Part shown: positions 1 to 8,969 of the stretch, in pieces
How positions within the stretch are numbered: the stretch's first letter is position 1
Layout of the letters: the number at the start of each line of letters is the position of its first letter
Source of the DNA: a virus
DNA length: 64,000 bases
Virus record (IMG/VR): IMGVR_UViG_3300042526_000097
Span: 25,419 to 89,418 of that record
Direction: 5' to 3' (one strand)
Notes under the pieces: model-generated
Database searches by the model: none
Seen by the model: only the letters and a program-made list of their open reading frames with translations
Told to the model about the DNA's origin: nothing
Made by a program: the position numbers and the translations under genes

Positions 1-1
1 A

Positions 2-118
2 ACAGAAGAAATTCCCAAAGAAGTACAACTACCGACACAAGAAGAAATAATTGCTCGAAAAGAAGAACAACTTCTTGAAATGTTTGAGGAATTGCAACGA
101 CTAAAAGGTAACAACTAA
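2..118 (+). CDS. 3' end of a small hypothetical protein (partial)
   Basis: Frame from base 2 reads TEEIPKEVQLPTQEEIIARKEEQLLEMFEELQRLKGNN* with TAA at 116-118. Confidence 0.6.
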   Translation, partial: TEEIPKEVQLPTQEEIIARKEEQLLEMFEELQRLKGNN

Positions 119-207
119 CAGTGATTAATAACATATACATAAAAGTTGGCACAGACATAGGAGTATCAGGGTTTTAGATTATTCAGTTTATAAATTCAAA
201 TATTTAG

Positions 208-217
208 TATCTTTGTA
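208..217 (+). promoter_or_regulatory. Bacteroidota-type -7 promoter element (TAnnTTTG), late promoter
   Basis: TATCTTTGTA 3 nt before ATG 221; the identical 10-mer precedes three other + strand units. Confidence 0.7.
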
Positions 218-220
218 GCC

Positions 221-3200
221 ATGAAACCCATCAAAGGATTATCACAGGATACTAGACCAGAAAGTCAACCAGAAGGAACTTATCCTTTTGGTAAGAATGG
301 CTTACAGTTTGATCTAGAGGGTTCTGTGACAAATGAGCCTGGCTTTAAGCAACTGACAAAGAACATAGTTCCTGCAGGTTATACTATCAATGGTATACTA
401 GAAACTGATACTACAAAGGTCTTGGTCTTCTTTACAAATGACATAAACTCAGGGTTAAAACTCTATGACCTAGCAAGTAATACAGTAAGTTTCTCTGTAA
501 TTGATACTGCTTTAACCTACAAACTTGGATTCAAAACTGAGAACTATATTACAGGTCAAGTACAAAGAAACAACCTAGGAGAACTTGTATGTGCTTTTAC
601 TGACAAGGTTACATTCCCTAAGTTCATAAATCTTGATAAGCCTCAAATAGATGAACTCAGATCTTGGAACTTATTTCCTGAATGTATATTTCCTACCATT
701 ACAAAGTCTATTGAAAGTGGAGGGTACTTGAGTGTAGGCTCATACTTCTTTGCTGTTAGATATTCAAGGTTAGATGGAACTGTAACAGGCTTCTCTGAAG
801 TTTCAAGTGGTATAGCTATACTATCTGATATAAATGAGACGTTTGCTGATAAGGCAATACAGTTACTAATTACCAATGCTGACACTACTTATGACTTTGT
901 AGAAGTTGCAGTAATAAGTAAAATAAGTGGAATAGTAAAAGCTTCACTACTGAACAAGACTCCAATAGTTTCAGGTATTAGTAGAACTACCTTTACCGGT
1001 AATGAAGTTATTACAACTATATCAGTTGAGGAAGTATTAATCAACTCTGTCTTCTACAACAAGGTAGGTACAATAGGTCAATTGAATGATGCTCTGTATA
1101 TTGGCAAGTTAGAGAGAAGTGATGAGATTCTAGACATGCAACCTTATGCTAACCTAGTACAGTTGCTTTGGACTTCAGAACTTATTGATGTTGAAAACTG
1201 TCCTGAAGAACACAAAACAGGTCAGAAGAAAGGGTTCATGCATGGGGAGACTTATGCCTTTTACATTAGATACAAAATGTCTAATGGTAATATGACAATA
1301 GCTTATCATATTCCTGGGATAGAAGCAGATGCTACTGCTTTAGGAATTAGCTCTGTAGCTACTGCAGGAGGTTTAGGAAACACCCCATTGTTTAAAGCTC
1401 AAGACTACATAAATACCTTTTCAAGTGTTACCCTTGAAGGCTTTACAGGTCCTTATTATAATGATACAGAAGTATACCCAATTACTGATGACTTTAATTC
1501 TATAGCATTTGGAGGGTATGACCTTAGAGGTGAAAGAGTAAGACACCACAAGATGCCATCATTAAGATGGTGTCAGGAAGAACTCTACTCTACACAGACT
1601 GATTATGGTTGTAAGAAGTTAGACATCTTAGGCATTAAGGCTATCAATGTAATTGTACCTACTAAGTACACTAATAAGATTATAGGGTATGAGATTCTTT
1701 ATGCTAAAAGGAATCTACAGAACATGACTATCTATGGTCAAGGATTAGCTATCTATGGGGCTACTTACTTAGATCCTTGGAGTCCTCAGTTATCAACTCT
1801 TACAGATGCCAAAGTTTACAGCAATGGAAACAACTGGGCCATAGCAGGCTATGCACCTAATCAAAGTTTTTTAAGGTTTCATTCTTTTGATATCTTGTTT
1901 AATAAGCCTAAGATAGCCCCTTCTTTTATAGCAGCTCAGTACAAGTTAACAACAAAGCATGTTGTTGAAAGATCTAGTTATTCCTACATAACAGGTACTT
2001 CAATGGGAGTTACTGGTACAGGGTTTACTGTTACTTCATTAGATAGTATTGCTAGTGCTACAGTATCTACTGTGTCTGCTTTTAATATAAATGCTTTAAA
2101 AGACCCTAAGTATTTACTCAATGATACTAATGCTGTTACTAATAATGCTAACACTCCTTTTGGTACCTACCTATCATACTTTAATGGGTACTTAGAAACT
2201 GCTTATTCAGCCCAGTTATTGGGCCCACCATTGCCAATGTCTACTTATCCTGTATTAGACGATCAGGGAGGTTGGCCAACTTCTCCCACAAGTGTAGAAA
2301 ATTACCTTACTAATTTGTGTGACACTAAGATAAACATATATGAAGCTTTCTATACTCAAGAGTTAGTATCTGCAGGAGATGTTAAAGCTCTCACAGATTC
2401 TAGTTCTTTTTGGGGAGGTGACATATTCTTATCTCAATACACTTTTCATACCTATGGACTATTAGACTATTACTGGGGGGTACAAACTCGAAATGGTGTA
2501 GACTTTCCATTAGATAGAAGAGGCCATAGGGTAATTAATAGGTTTATATGTGAAACTGTAGCTAACCTTTATACTAGATATGAAATACCAGGTAACAACT
2601 ACTCTTGGTGGTATCCTAAGAGACCACTAGGATCCGATCAAACTTTGTACCTACTAGATTACAATGGACATATAGACCCTAATCAATTTGGATTTACTAA
2701 AGGTGCAGAAGCTATCAATGACTTTGCAGCTGATGAGATATTCAATCCTTACCAAGAATACATAAACAAGTTTCCATACCGTATACATAGAGGAGGTAAG
2801 TTGTCTAGACAGACTACTAGATCTTGGAGAACCTTCCTAGCTTTAGACTACTATGAAATCCAAAAGAACATGGGATACATTGAGCATCTAGAAGGTATGG
2901 ATGATAGAATGCTTGTACACATGACTAACTCTTTATTTGTTAGTCAAGACAAGGGTAAGTTAGAAGCTGGTATGTTGTCAATTACTTTAGGAGCTGGAGA
3001 CATTTTCCAGTTTGAACCACAAGAGGCTCAATCTTCTAAGTTAGGTTATGGGGGTACTCAACACAACCTAGCCTGTATAAGAACTCCAATAGGGTATGTG
3101 TTTGCAGACTCTAAACAAGGGGAACTATATTTATACAAGTCTAAAGAGCTAAGTCTGTTAAACACAGGTATGCATAGGTTCTTAAGAGACTACTTAAAGA

Positions 3201-4375
3201 TATTTGGAAAGAACCCTTTCACAGGTAATGGTATTACTCTAGGATGGGATCAGAGGTATAAACGTATACTAGCTACAGTAAAGAACATCAGACCAGCAGA
3301 TGGAACTAATGTAGTAATCATAAATAGTCCTGCAGACATTCTAGAAGTAGTAGGTATAGTAGGTCCTCCAAACTACCCTGACTGTCTTATAACTACTAAT
3401 GGTATTGTTAAGATAGGAGATGTCATATTCTACCAAGGAAAGTATATGACTTACTTAGGCCAAAGTTCTAATACAGCTTATAGCTGTCCTGCAGATCCTT
3501 GTGATTGTATTGACCCTTATAACTTAAAGGTAGTCTTAATGAATGACCAAGTTTCCTCTCACGTTACATGGGGAGGAGTAGGAACATTCTCTTGGAATCT
3601 ATATGAAGTAGGTACTCTTACTAATACCCTAGTACAGTCAGGAACAGCTACAGGATACTTTGTTGACTTTACTGCCTTATTACCTGACACTGCTTATAAG
3701 TTTGAAATCTGGTCAGAGTGTGGACCTGAGTGTGTAAGTGGAATTAGATCTATTCAATGGTCTACTTCTCATGTAGTTAATTTACCTAGAAGCTATTGTT
3801 TATGGTATGCTGTGAACCCTGGGTTGTCTGACATCACAGTAACCTTAATGGACCAGTTATCAAACCCTACAATAGCTACATCTAACATACCTGTAACTAT
3901 TTACAAAGTAGGTAGCACTGGAACTCTAATCGGTACTCTCACAGGTACAATTACAACTGGTAACTACTCAGTCAACATCTCAGTTGTATTAGGAACAGGA
4001 GAGTACTTAGCTGCAGGAACTGGTTATGCAGGGACTATCACAGACCCTTCTTATTGTGGGTTTGCTGTCTATGTTGTACCAGAACCTAAAGTATCTTACA
4101 AGTTCCACTTGTCAAGCAACTTGAATCGATACCCAGGATGGTCAGACACAGGGAATGTAGAGGTACTATCAAATGGTGTGACATACACAGGCTCTTTCAA
4201 TTTAAACTCTATATCTAGTACATTTACTGCAGTTGTAAACTTGCCGGCACCTTCAGGTCCTGTAGTAGTAAGTATAGACCATAACTTAATGGTAGGACCT
4301 ACTAGTGTGGTTGAATCAGGAACAGGCTCTATAACACTTAACTCTAACAACTATATATCTTTAACTTACTCATAA
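221..4375 (+). CDS. tail stabilization / muzzle-like protein with C-terminal FN3/Ig-like extension
   Basis: 1384 aa; N-terminus KGLSQDTRPESQPEGTY..NG..TNEPG, VRHHKMP, GGDIF and GWDxxYKRIL segments resemble crAss-like stabilization proteins; lies upstream of the cargo/RNAP genes. Confidence 0.7.
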   Translation: MKPIKGLSQDTRPESQPEGTYPFGKNGLQFDLEGSVTNEPGFKQLTKNIVPAGYTINGILETDTTKVLVFFTNDINSGLKLYDLASNTVSFSVIDTALTYKLGFKTENYITGQVQRNNLGELVCAFTDKVTFPKFINLDKPQIDELRSWNLFPECIFPTITKSIESGGYLSVGSYFFAVRYSRLDGTVTGFSEVSSGIAILSDINETFADKAIQLLITNADTTYDFVEVAVISKISGIVKASLLNKTPIVSGISRTTFTGNEVITTISVEEVLINSVFYNKVGTIGQLNDALYIGKLERSDEILDMQPYANLVQLLWTSELIDVENCPEEHKTGQKKGFMHGETYAFYIRYKMSNGNMTIAYHIPGIEADATALGISSVATAGGLGNTPLFKAQDYINTFSSVTLEGFTGPYYNDTEVYPITDDFNSIAFGGYDLRGERVRHHKMPSLRWCQEELYSTQTDYGCKKLDILGIKAINVIVPTKYTNKIIGYEILYAKRNLQNMTIYGQGLAIYGATYLDPWSPQLSTLTDAKVYSNGNNWAIAGYAPNQSFLRFHSFDILFNKPKIAPSFIAAQYKLTTKHVVERSSYSYITGTSMGVTGTGFTVTSLDSIASATVSTVSAFNINALKDPKYLLNDTNAVTNNANTPFGTYLSYFNGYLETAYSAQLLGPPLPMSTYPVLDDQGGWPTSPTSVENYLTNLCDTKINIYEAFYTQELVSAGDVKALTDSSSFWGGDIFLSQYTFHTYGLLDYYWGVQTRNGVDFPLDRRGHRVINRFICETVANLYTRYEIPGNNYSWWYPKRPLGSDQTLYLLDYNGHIDPNQFGFTKGAEAINDFAADEIFNPYQEYINKFPYRIHRGGKLSRQTTRSWRTFLALDYYEIQKNMGYIEHLEGMDDRMLVHMTNSLFVSQDKGKLEAGMLSITLGAGDIFQFEPQEAQSSKLGYGGTQHNLACIRTPIGYVFADSKQGELYLYKSKELSLLNTGMHRFLRDYLKIFGKNPFTGNGITLGWDQRYKRILATVKNIRPADGTNVVIINSPADILEVVGIVGPPNYPDCLITTNGIVKIGDVIFYQGKYMTYLGQSSNTAYSCPADPCDCIDPYNLKVVLMNDQVSSHVTWGGVGTFSWNLYEVGTLTNTLVQSGTATGYFVDFTALLPDTAYKFEIWSECGPECVSGIRSIQWSTSHVVNLPRSYCLWYAVNPGLSDITVTLMDQLSNPTIATSNIPVTIYKVGSTGTLIGTLTGTITTGNYSVNISVVLGTGEYLAAGTGYAGTITDPSYCGFAVYVVPEPKVSYKFHLSSNLNRYPGWSDTGNVEVLSNGVTYTGSFNLNSISSTFTAVVNLPAPSGPVVVSIDHNLMVGPTSVVESGTGSITLNSNNYISLTYS

Positions 4376-5172
4376 TGGCACAAGGATGTAATCAAACTAC
4401 TGCAGTCAACTTTGACCCAAACGCAACGTCTTGGGACCATTCTTGTGTCTACTTGATGAAGCTATCTTTCCCTAATAGCAATTCTCAAACTGAATACTGT
4501 CTAGCCTTTGAAGACTTGGACTTAGAGGATTCTGTAGATAAGTCATTTACTATGTCTTACTCTGTCAAGGACGGTGCATGGGTATTCTTCCATGATTACA
4601 TCCCTGACTTCTATTTCCATACCAGAGAAGCCTTGTTTACTTTAAAGGACAATGCCCTGTATAAAACTAATGCAGGTCCAGTAGGTCAGTACTTTAATGA
4701 AACCCCTAACTCTTTTTTTATAGACGTAGTGTTCAAAGCTGAAGGAGAACTTTTATTGGAAACAGTAAACTGGATCTCATCTGTACTGGAAGATAGTTCC
4801 GATGCCAGTACTGTTGGTAGTGAGTGGAATACACTTACTCACATCTCAATCTGGAACTCTCAGCAACACTCAGGTAGACTAGCTTTAAAAGACATCTTTG
4901 CAGACTTACAATACCAAACCTCTAGAAACACTAATGGCCAATGGAGTTTTAATGACTTTAGGAATATAGTCACTACCAGAGGAACAACCTTTATACAAGA
5001 CCTATTCCATAACTATGCTCTCAATCCTGGAACGACTAGTACCAAAGATTGGTATGATGCTGAATTGTTACAGGACAAGTACTTTGTAGTAAGGTTTGAG
5101 TTTGACAATACGTTGCAGAAACAACTGATATTACATGAAACAGCTGTACAAGCTATAAAAGCTAAAAGATAA
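4375..5172 (+). CDS. tail protein; probable separated C-terminal part of the stabilization protein
   Basis: TAATG overlap with the previous gene; SFTMSYS..WVFFHDYIP and WSFNDFRN segments; N-terminal GC..AVNFDPNAT..SCVY motif. Confidence 0.55.
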   Translation: MAQGCNQTTAVNFDPNATSWDHSCVYLMKLSFPNSNSQTEYCLAFEDLDLEDSVDKSFTMSYSVKDGAWVFFHDYIPDFYFHTREALFTLKDNALYKTNAGPVGQYFNETPNSFFIDVVFKAEGELLLETVNWISSVLEDSSDASTVGSEWNTLTHISIWNSQQHSGRLALKDIFADLQYQTSRNTNGQWSFNDFRNIVTTRGTTFIQDLFHNYALNPGTTSTKDWYDAELLQDKYFVVRFEFDNTLQKQLILHETAVQAIKAKR

Positions 5173-7697
5173 TGAGAAAGAAACAAAATGGTGGCCCTAT
5201 GCTGTTTGTTAAAAATGGAGGTAATCTTTCTGCCCCGTCTGATAGACCGGGTGGTCCATTGATTTCTTACTATGCCAAGAAAGGTGGGAAGATTCCACAA
5301 GCTAATTTTACTAACTACTCTGGAACTCAAATGTATGGGACAGGAGGAAACTTTGACTATAACTTACCAAGTATGAAATACTCACAAACACCTAGTGGAC
5401 AGGCCTACAAGAATGGAGGTACTATACACATCAACCCTGCTAACAAGGGAAAGTTTAATGCTACTAAAGCTAGAACAGGAAAGTCTACTGAGGAGCTTAC
5501 TCACAGTTCTAATCCTGTGACTAAAAAGAGAGCTGTCTTTGCACAGAATGCTGCTAAGTGGAAACATGAAAATGGAGGACCACTATTAGTAGGTAATCAA
5601 CATGTAGCAATGGGTGGGACCCTTAGGATGTATGACCAAGGAGGTGCACTTAATGTTGCCTATGGTAATGGAGGAATGATTAAACGTGCAGATGGTTCTT
5701 ATTCCCAAAGAGGTTTATGGGATAACATCAGAGCTAATGCTGGGTCAGGTAAAGAACCTACAAAAGAGATGCTACAACAAGAACGTAAGATTACTTCTAA
5801 GTATAAAAATGGAGGTATGATAAATCCTTATGCTATGAACATAGTAGGTAAAGGACTTAAGAAGTATTTACTTGGTGGGCCTGCTGATGAAACTGATGGA
5901 GTTATTTCAGGTAATCAAACTCCATTCTCTTTATGGTCTAGAAACCAAAACATGCCTGCACAGACCCAACAAGAGGGTGTCTTTAACACGGCTAGCAACC
6001 AACAAAGAAAAAACTTTGTAACTCCTGAATTTGCACCAGGTACAGAAGGTAAAGGCATGTCAATTCCAGAAACTCCAGAACCACAAGATACGTTTAAAAA
6101 TGAAAAACAAGCAGCTGCTCTGTACAGTGGGTCTATTCAAGCAGGTTCATCTTTTATAGGTAACTTTGCTGAGACAAACAGACGTAAGTCAGAAGGGGCT
6201 CATGATACCGGTTTTGGGTCTGACGTAAAAGGAGCTGCTAAAGGTATGGGTACAGGAGCATCTATAGGTTCTACCTTTGGTCCTATTGGTACTTTTGCTG
6301 GAGCAGTTGTAGGAGGAGTAGCTGGGTACTTTAGTGGTAAAGCTGAGGGCAAGGTTAAGAAGAGAGCTTACGATGCATGGCAAGCTGACTACATGAAAGC
6401 AGAACAAAGTCGTATAGATTCCAATTCATCTAGATACCAAGATTTCCAATCTACTGGTAGTGGGTATTATGCTAAAGGAGGTAAGATGTATAGAGCAGGA
6501 GGCCAACTTCCTACTAAGTATGTAACTGACCCTAATGATAAAAGACTTAGAAACTATCAGGATAGTCTTAAACTTTACAATTCTTATGAAGATCTTAAGA
6601 AAAAACTAATAGACTCCAAGTATCAAAACCTCGGGACTGCAGGTTCTTTCGGAAAATTAACTGACAAAGAAGTTATTGAAGAGGCAACCAGAGACAAGTC
6701 AGATGACTCTATTCTAACCGATTATTTTGGAAAGTTTGTAGATAAAAGACCTTATATAAAAGCTAGTAAAGAAGGCTCTTTGTACAAAACTTTAGACTTC
6801 TACCCAGGTAAAATTAATGAAGAGTTAGGGTACCAATATTTTAGTACTACTATAAAGCCTAAGTCTGAGGAAGAGTGGCGTAGACATCGTATCCACGGGG
6901 ATTCAAGGCTAGTTAAAAACTACTCTAACGTGAACCCTATACAACCCGTAGAACTATCTATGAAAGCTTCTCCAAGTAATCCTCCTTCAAAAGTAGTTCC
7001 TGGTTATAAGAGAATGATAAGTAGATTGCCTGATCCAAAGAAAACTTCTCCAAGTATGCAATCTTTGCATCCTCAACAGATGCAATCCTCTCCTGTTTCT
7101 ATGCAAGGTCAACCTATGCAAATACAACCCATGACCTTACCTCAACAAAAAGGTAGACCAGTATATGGTCCAGGTAGTACTATCATAGGGTATAACGGAG
7201 AAGATGGTAAAATGAGAAAAGCATACCAGTACACAGGTGCACCTAATAACGAACTCAACTTACAAGATAAGGCTTTACTTGAAGATAAAGACAAGTGGCA
7301 ACAGTATTTGTCAAGTAAAGATAGTGGGTACAAGTTTGCAACAGGAGGTTCTATGGCTTCTAACTACATGGCCAATCAAAAGGCAGTAGGGGGAAATTTA
7401 GTTCCATTGTCTTCAGATGCTGTAGAAGTTAAAGGACCATCACATGCTAACGGTGGTGTTAAACTCCCTGAGATGGAAGCAGAAGTAGAAGGTAAAGAAG
7501 TAATCAAAGATGACTATGTGTTCTCAGAACAACTAGGATTTGCTAAAGAGGCCAAGAAATTGGCTAAAGCTAAAGGGCGTATAGAAGAGAAACCTTCTAC
7601 ACCTGAACGTATAAACTCTTTAAAATTACTTGAAAGTAAAGAAAATCAACTTAAATTAGCACAAGAATTCATCCGTAAACAAAACAACTTACAATAA
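5172..7697 (+). CDS. virion cargo/ejection protein
   Basis: 841 aa; ~15 xxxGG motifs; IHINPANKGKF..KRAVFAQNAAKWKH module; glycine-zipper segment; C-terminal GPSHANGGV..EVEGKE..VFS domain typical of crAss-like cargo proteins. Confidence 0.65.
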   Translation: MRKKQNGGPMLFVKNGGNLSAPSDRPGGPLISYYAKKGGKIPQANFTNYSGTQMYGTGGNFDYNLPSMKYSQTPSGQAYKNGGTIHINPANKGKFNATKARTGKSTEELTHSSNPVTKKRAVFAQNAAKWKHENGGPLLVGNQHVAMGGTLRMYDQGGALNVAYGNGGMIKRADGSYSQRGLWDNIRANAGSGKEPTKEMLQQERKITSKYKNGGMINPYAMNIVGKGLKKYLLGGPADETDGVISGNQTPFSLWSRNQNMPAQTQQEGVFNTASNQQRKNFVTPEFAPGTEGKGMSIPETPEPQDTFKNEKQAAALYSGSIQAGSSFIGNFAETNRRKSEGAHDTGFGSDVKGAAKGMGTGASIGSTFGPIGTFAGAVVGGVAGYFSGKAEGKVKKRAYDAWQADYMKAEQSRIDSNSSRYQDFQSTGSGYYAKGGKMYRAGGQLPTKYVTDPNDKRLRNYQDSLKLYNSYEDLKKKLIDSKYQNLGTAGSFGKLTDKEVIEEATRDKSDDSILTDYFGKFVDKRPYIKASKEGSLYKTLDFYPGKINEELGYQYFSTTIKPKSEEEWRRHRIHGDSRLVKNYSNVNPIQPVELSMKASPSNPPSKVVPGYKRMISRLPDPKKTSPSMQSLHPQQMQSSPVSMQGQPMQIQPMTLPQQKGRPVYGPGSTIIGYNGEDGKMRKAYQYTGAPNNELNLQDKALLEDKDKWQQYLSSKDSGYKFATGGSMASNYMANQKAVGGNLVPLSSDAVEVKGPSHANGGVKLPEMEAEVEGKEVIKDDYVFSEQLGFAKEAKKLAKAKGRIEEKPSTPERINSLKLLESKENQLKLAQEFIRKQNNLQ

Positions 7698-7698
7698 C

Positions 7699-8967
7699 AT
7701 GGGAAAGTGGAAAGATTACTTCCAATCAGTGGAAGATGCAACAGGTAAAAAATTCAATCATGGGGACGGTGCCTTTGGTTCTTTTGGTTATAGAAAAACA
7801 GGGCATCTTAGAACTGTTTATGACAACTCCCCAGAGTTAAAAAGTAAATACAAATCTTATGATGACTTGTGGAATGTTATAAAATCAGGAGACTATAATA
7901 AACCTGAAGTACAAAGTATTGATGATACTTATGAAAAATGGTTACAAACAAAATCAAATGGAGATTTAATTAAAGCTGCAAAGTTTAACTTAAGTGATGC
8001 TAAGGTACCTGCAAACAATGACATATATGCCAAAAGAGTTGCTAAAGCTGCAAAGCTTGACACACAACCAGCAGCAATTATAACAGGAGAAAAAGTTAAC
8101 ACATCACCAGGTTCTACTGTAACCTTTAATCCTACTTCAAATAACTCTAAGGTTGAAGGGCTAAGTCAAATGGCAAACCAAGGAGTTATACCTGAAAGAA
8201 CTGTTATAGAACCTATGCAAAGACTAGGCACTACACCTTTAGTAGAGAAAAAAGAAACACCTCAAACACCTGAAGTTGTTCCAGTAGTAAGTAAAGTAAA
8301 AGCCCCACCTGAGAAACCTAGTAACCTTAAAAAGATATCTGAGCTTGCTATGAACACAGCTCCTTACTTATCTAACCTTTACAGTGCTACAATAAAACCA
8401 CCTGCTACTCCTTCTCCAATACTTAATGCCCCTACATCTTTACAAAGAGTAAGTATGGATGTAGATAGAACTCAGTTAGAAAGTGACTATAGAGATGCTT
8501 TAAGGACTAGCGACTTAGCAGATGTCTCTACATCTGTAAGAGCTAAGTTAGCTGCTAAGGCTCAGAAGTTTAATCAAATGTCTAAGATTAATGAGACTGA
8601 AAGAAATGCTAACTTAAACATCTCTAACAAAGAAAGAGAGATTAACACAGGTATAGACATGGCTAACCGTCAAGCCTTATACAATAAACAGTTACAAGAT
8701 GTTGAAAGAGAGAATGCTATGATAGCACAGAGGACTGCTAACGTAGCTAACTTCTCTGACAAGATAATTGCTCAACAAGCTAGAAAAGATCTGCAAGACT
8801 TGGAAGTAAAAAAGACTGAGATACTGGCTAACTCAGATACCTTTGGAAATCTTAAAACTTACCTAGAGAGTATGGGTGGAGAAAAGAAGACTATGGCTAT
8901 GGGAGGAAAACTCTATACAGCTGGTAGATTTATGAAGACACTTAAACCGATTAAAACAATCAAATAA
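7699..8967 (+). CDS. virion cargo/ejection protein
   Basis: 422 aa; coiled-coil C-terminal half; terminal MAMGGK motif; position in the cargo cluster. Confidence 0.55.
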   Translation: MGKWKDYFQSVEDATGKKFNHGDGAFGSFGYRKTGHLRTVYDNSPELKSKYKSYDDLWNVIKSGDYNKPEVQSIDDTYEKWLQTKSNGDLIKAAKFNLSDAKVPANNDIYAKRVAKAAKLDTQPAAIITGEKVNTSPGSTVTFNPTSNNSKVEGLSQMANQGVIPERTVIEPMQRLGTTPLVEKKETPQTPEVVPVVSKVKAPPEKPSNLKKISELAMNTAPYLSNLYSATIKPPATPSPILNAPTSLQRVSMDVDRTQLESDYRDALRTSDLADVSTSVRAKLAAKAQKFNQMSKINETERNANLNISNKEREINTGIDMANRQALYNKQLQDVERENAMIAQRTANVANFSDKIIAQQARKDLQDLEVKKTEILANSDTFGNLKTYLESMGGEKKTMAMGGKLYTAGRFMKTLKPIKTIK

Positions 8968-8969
8968 CT

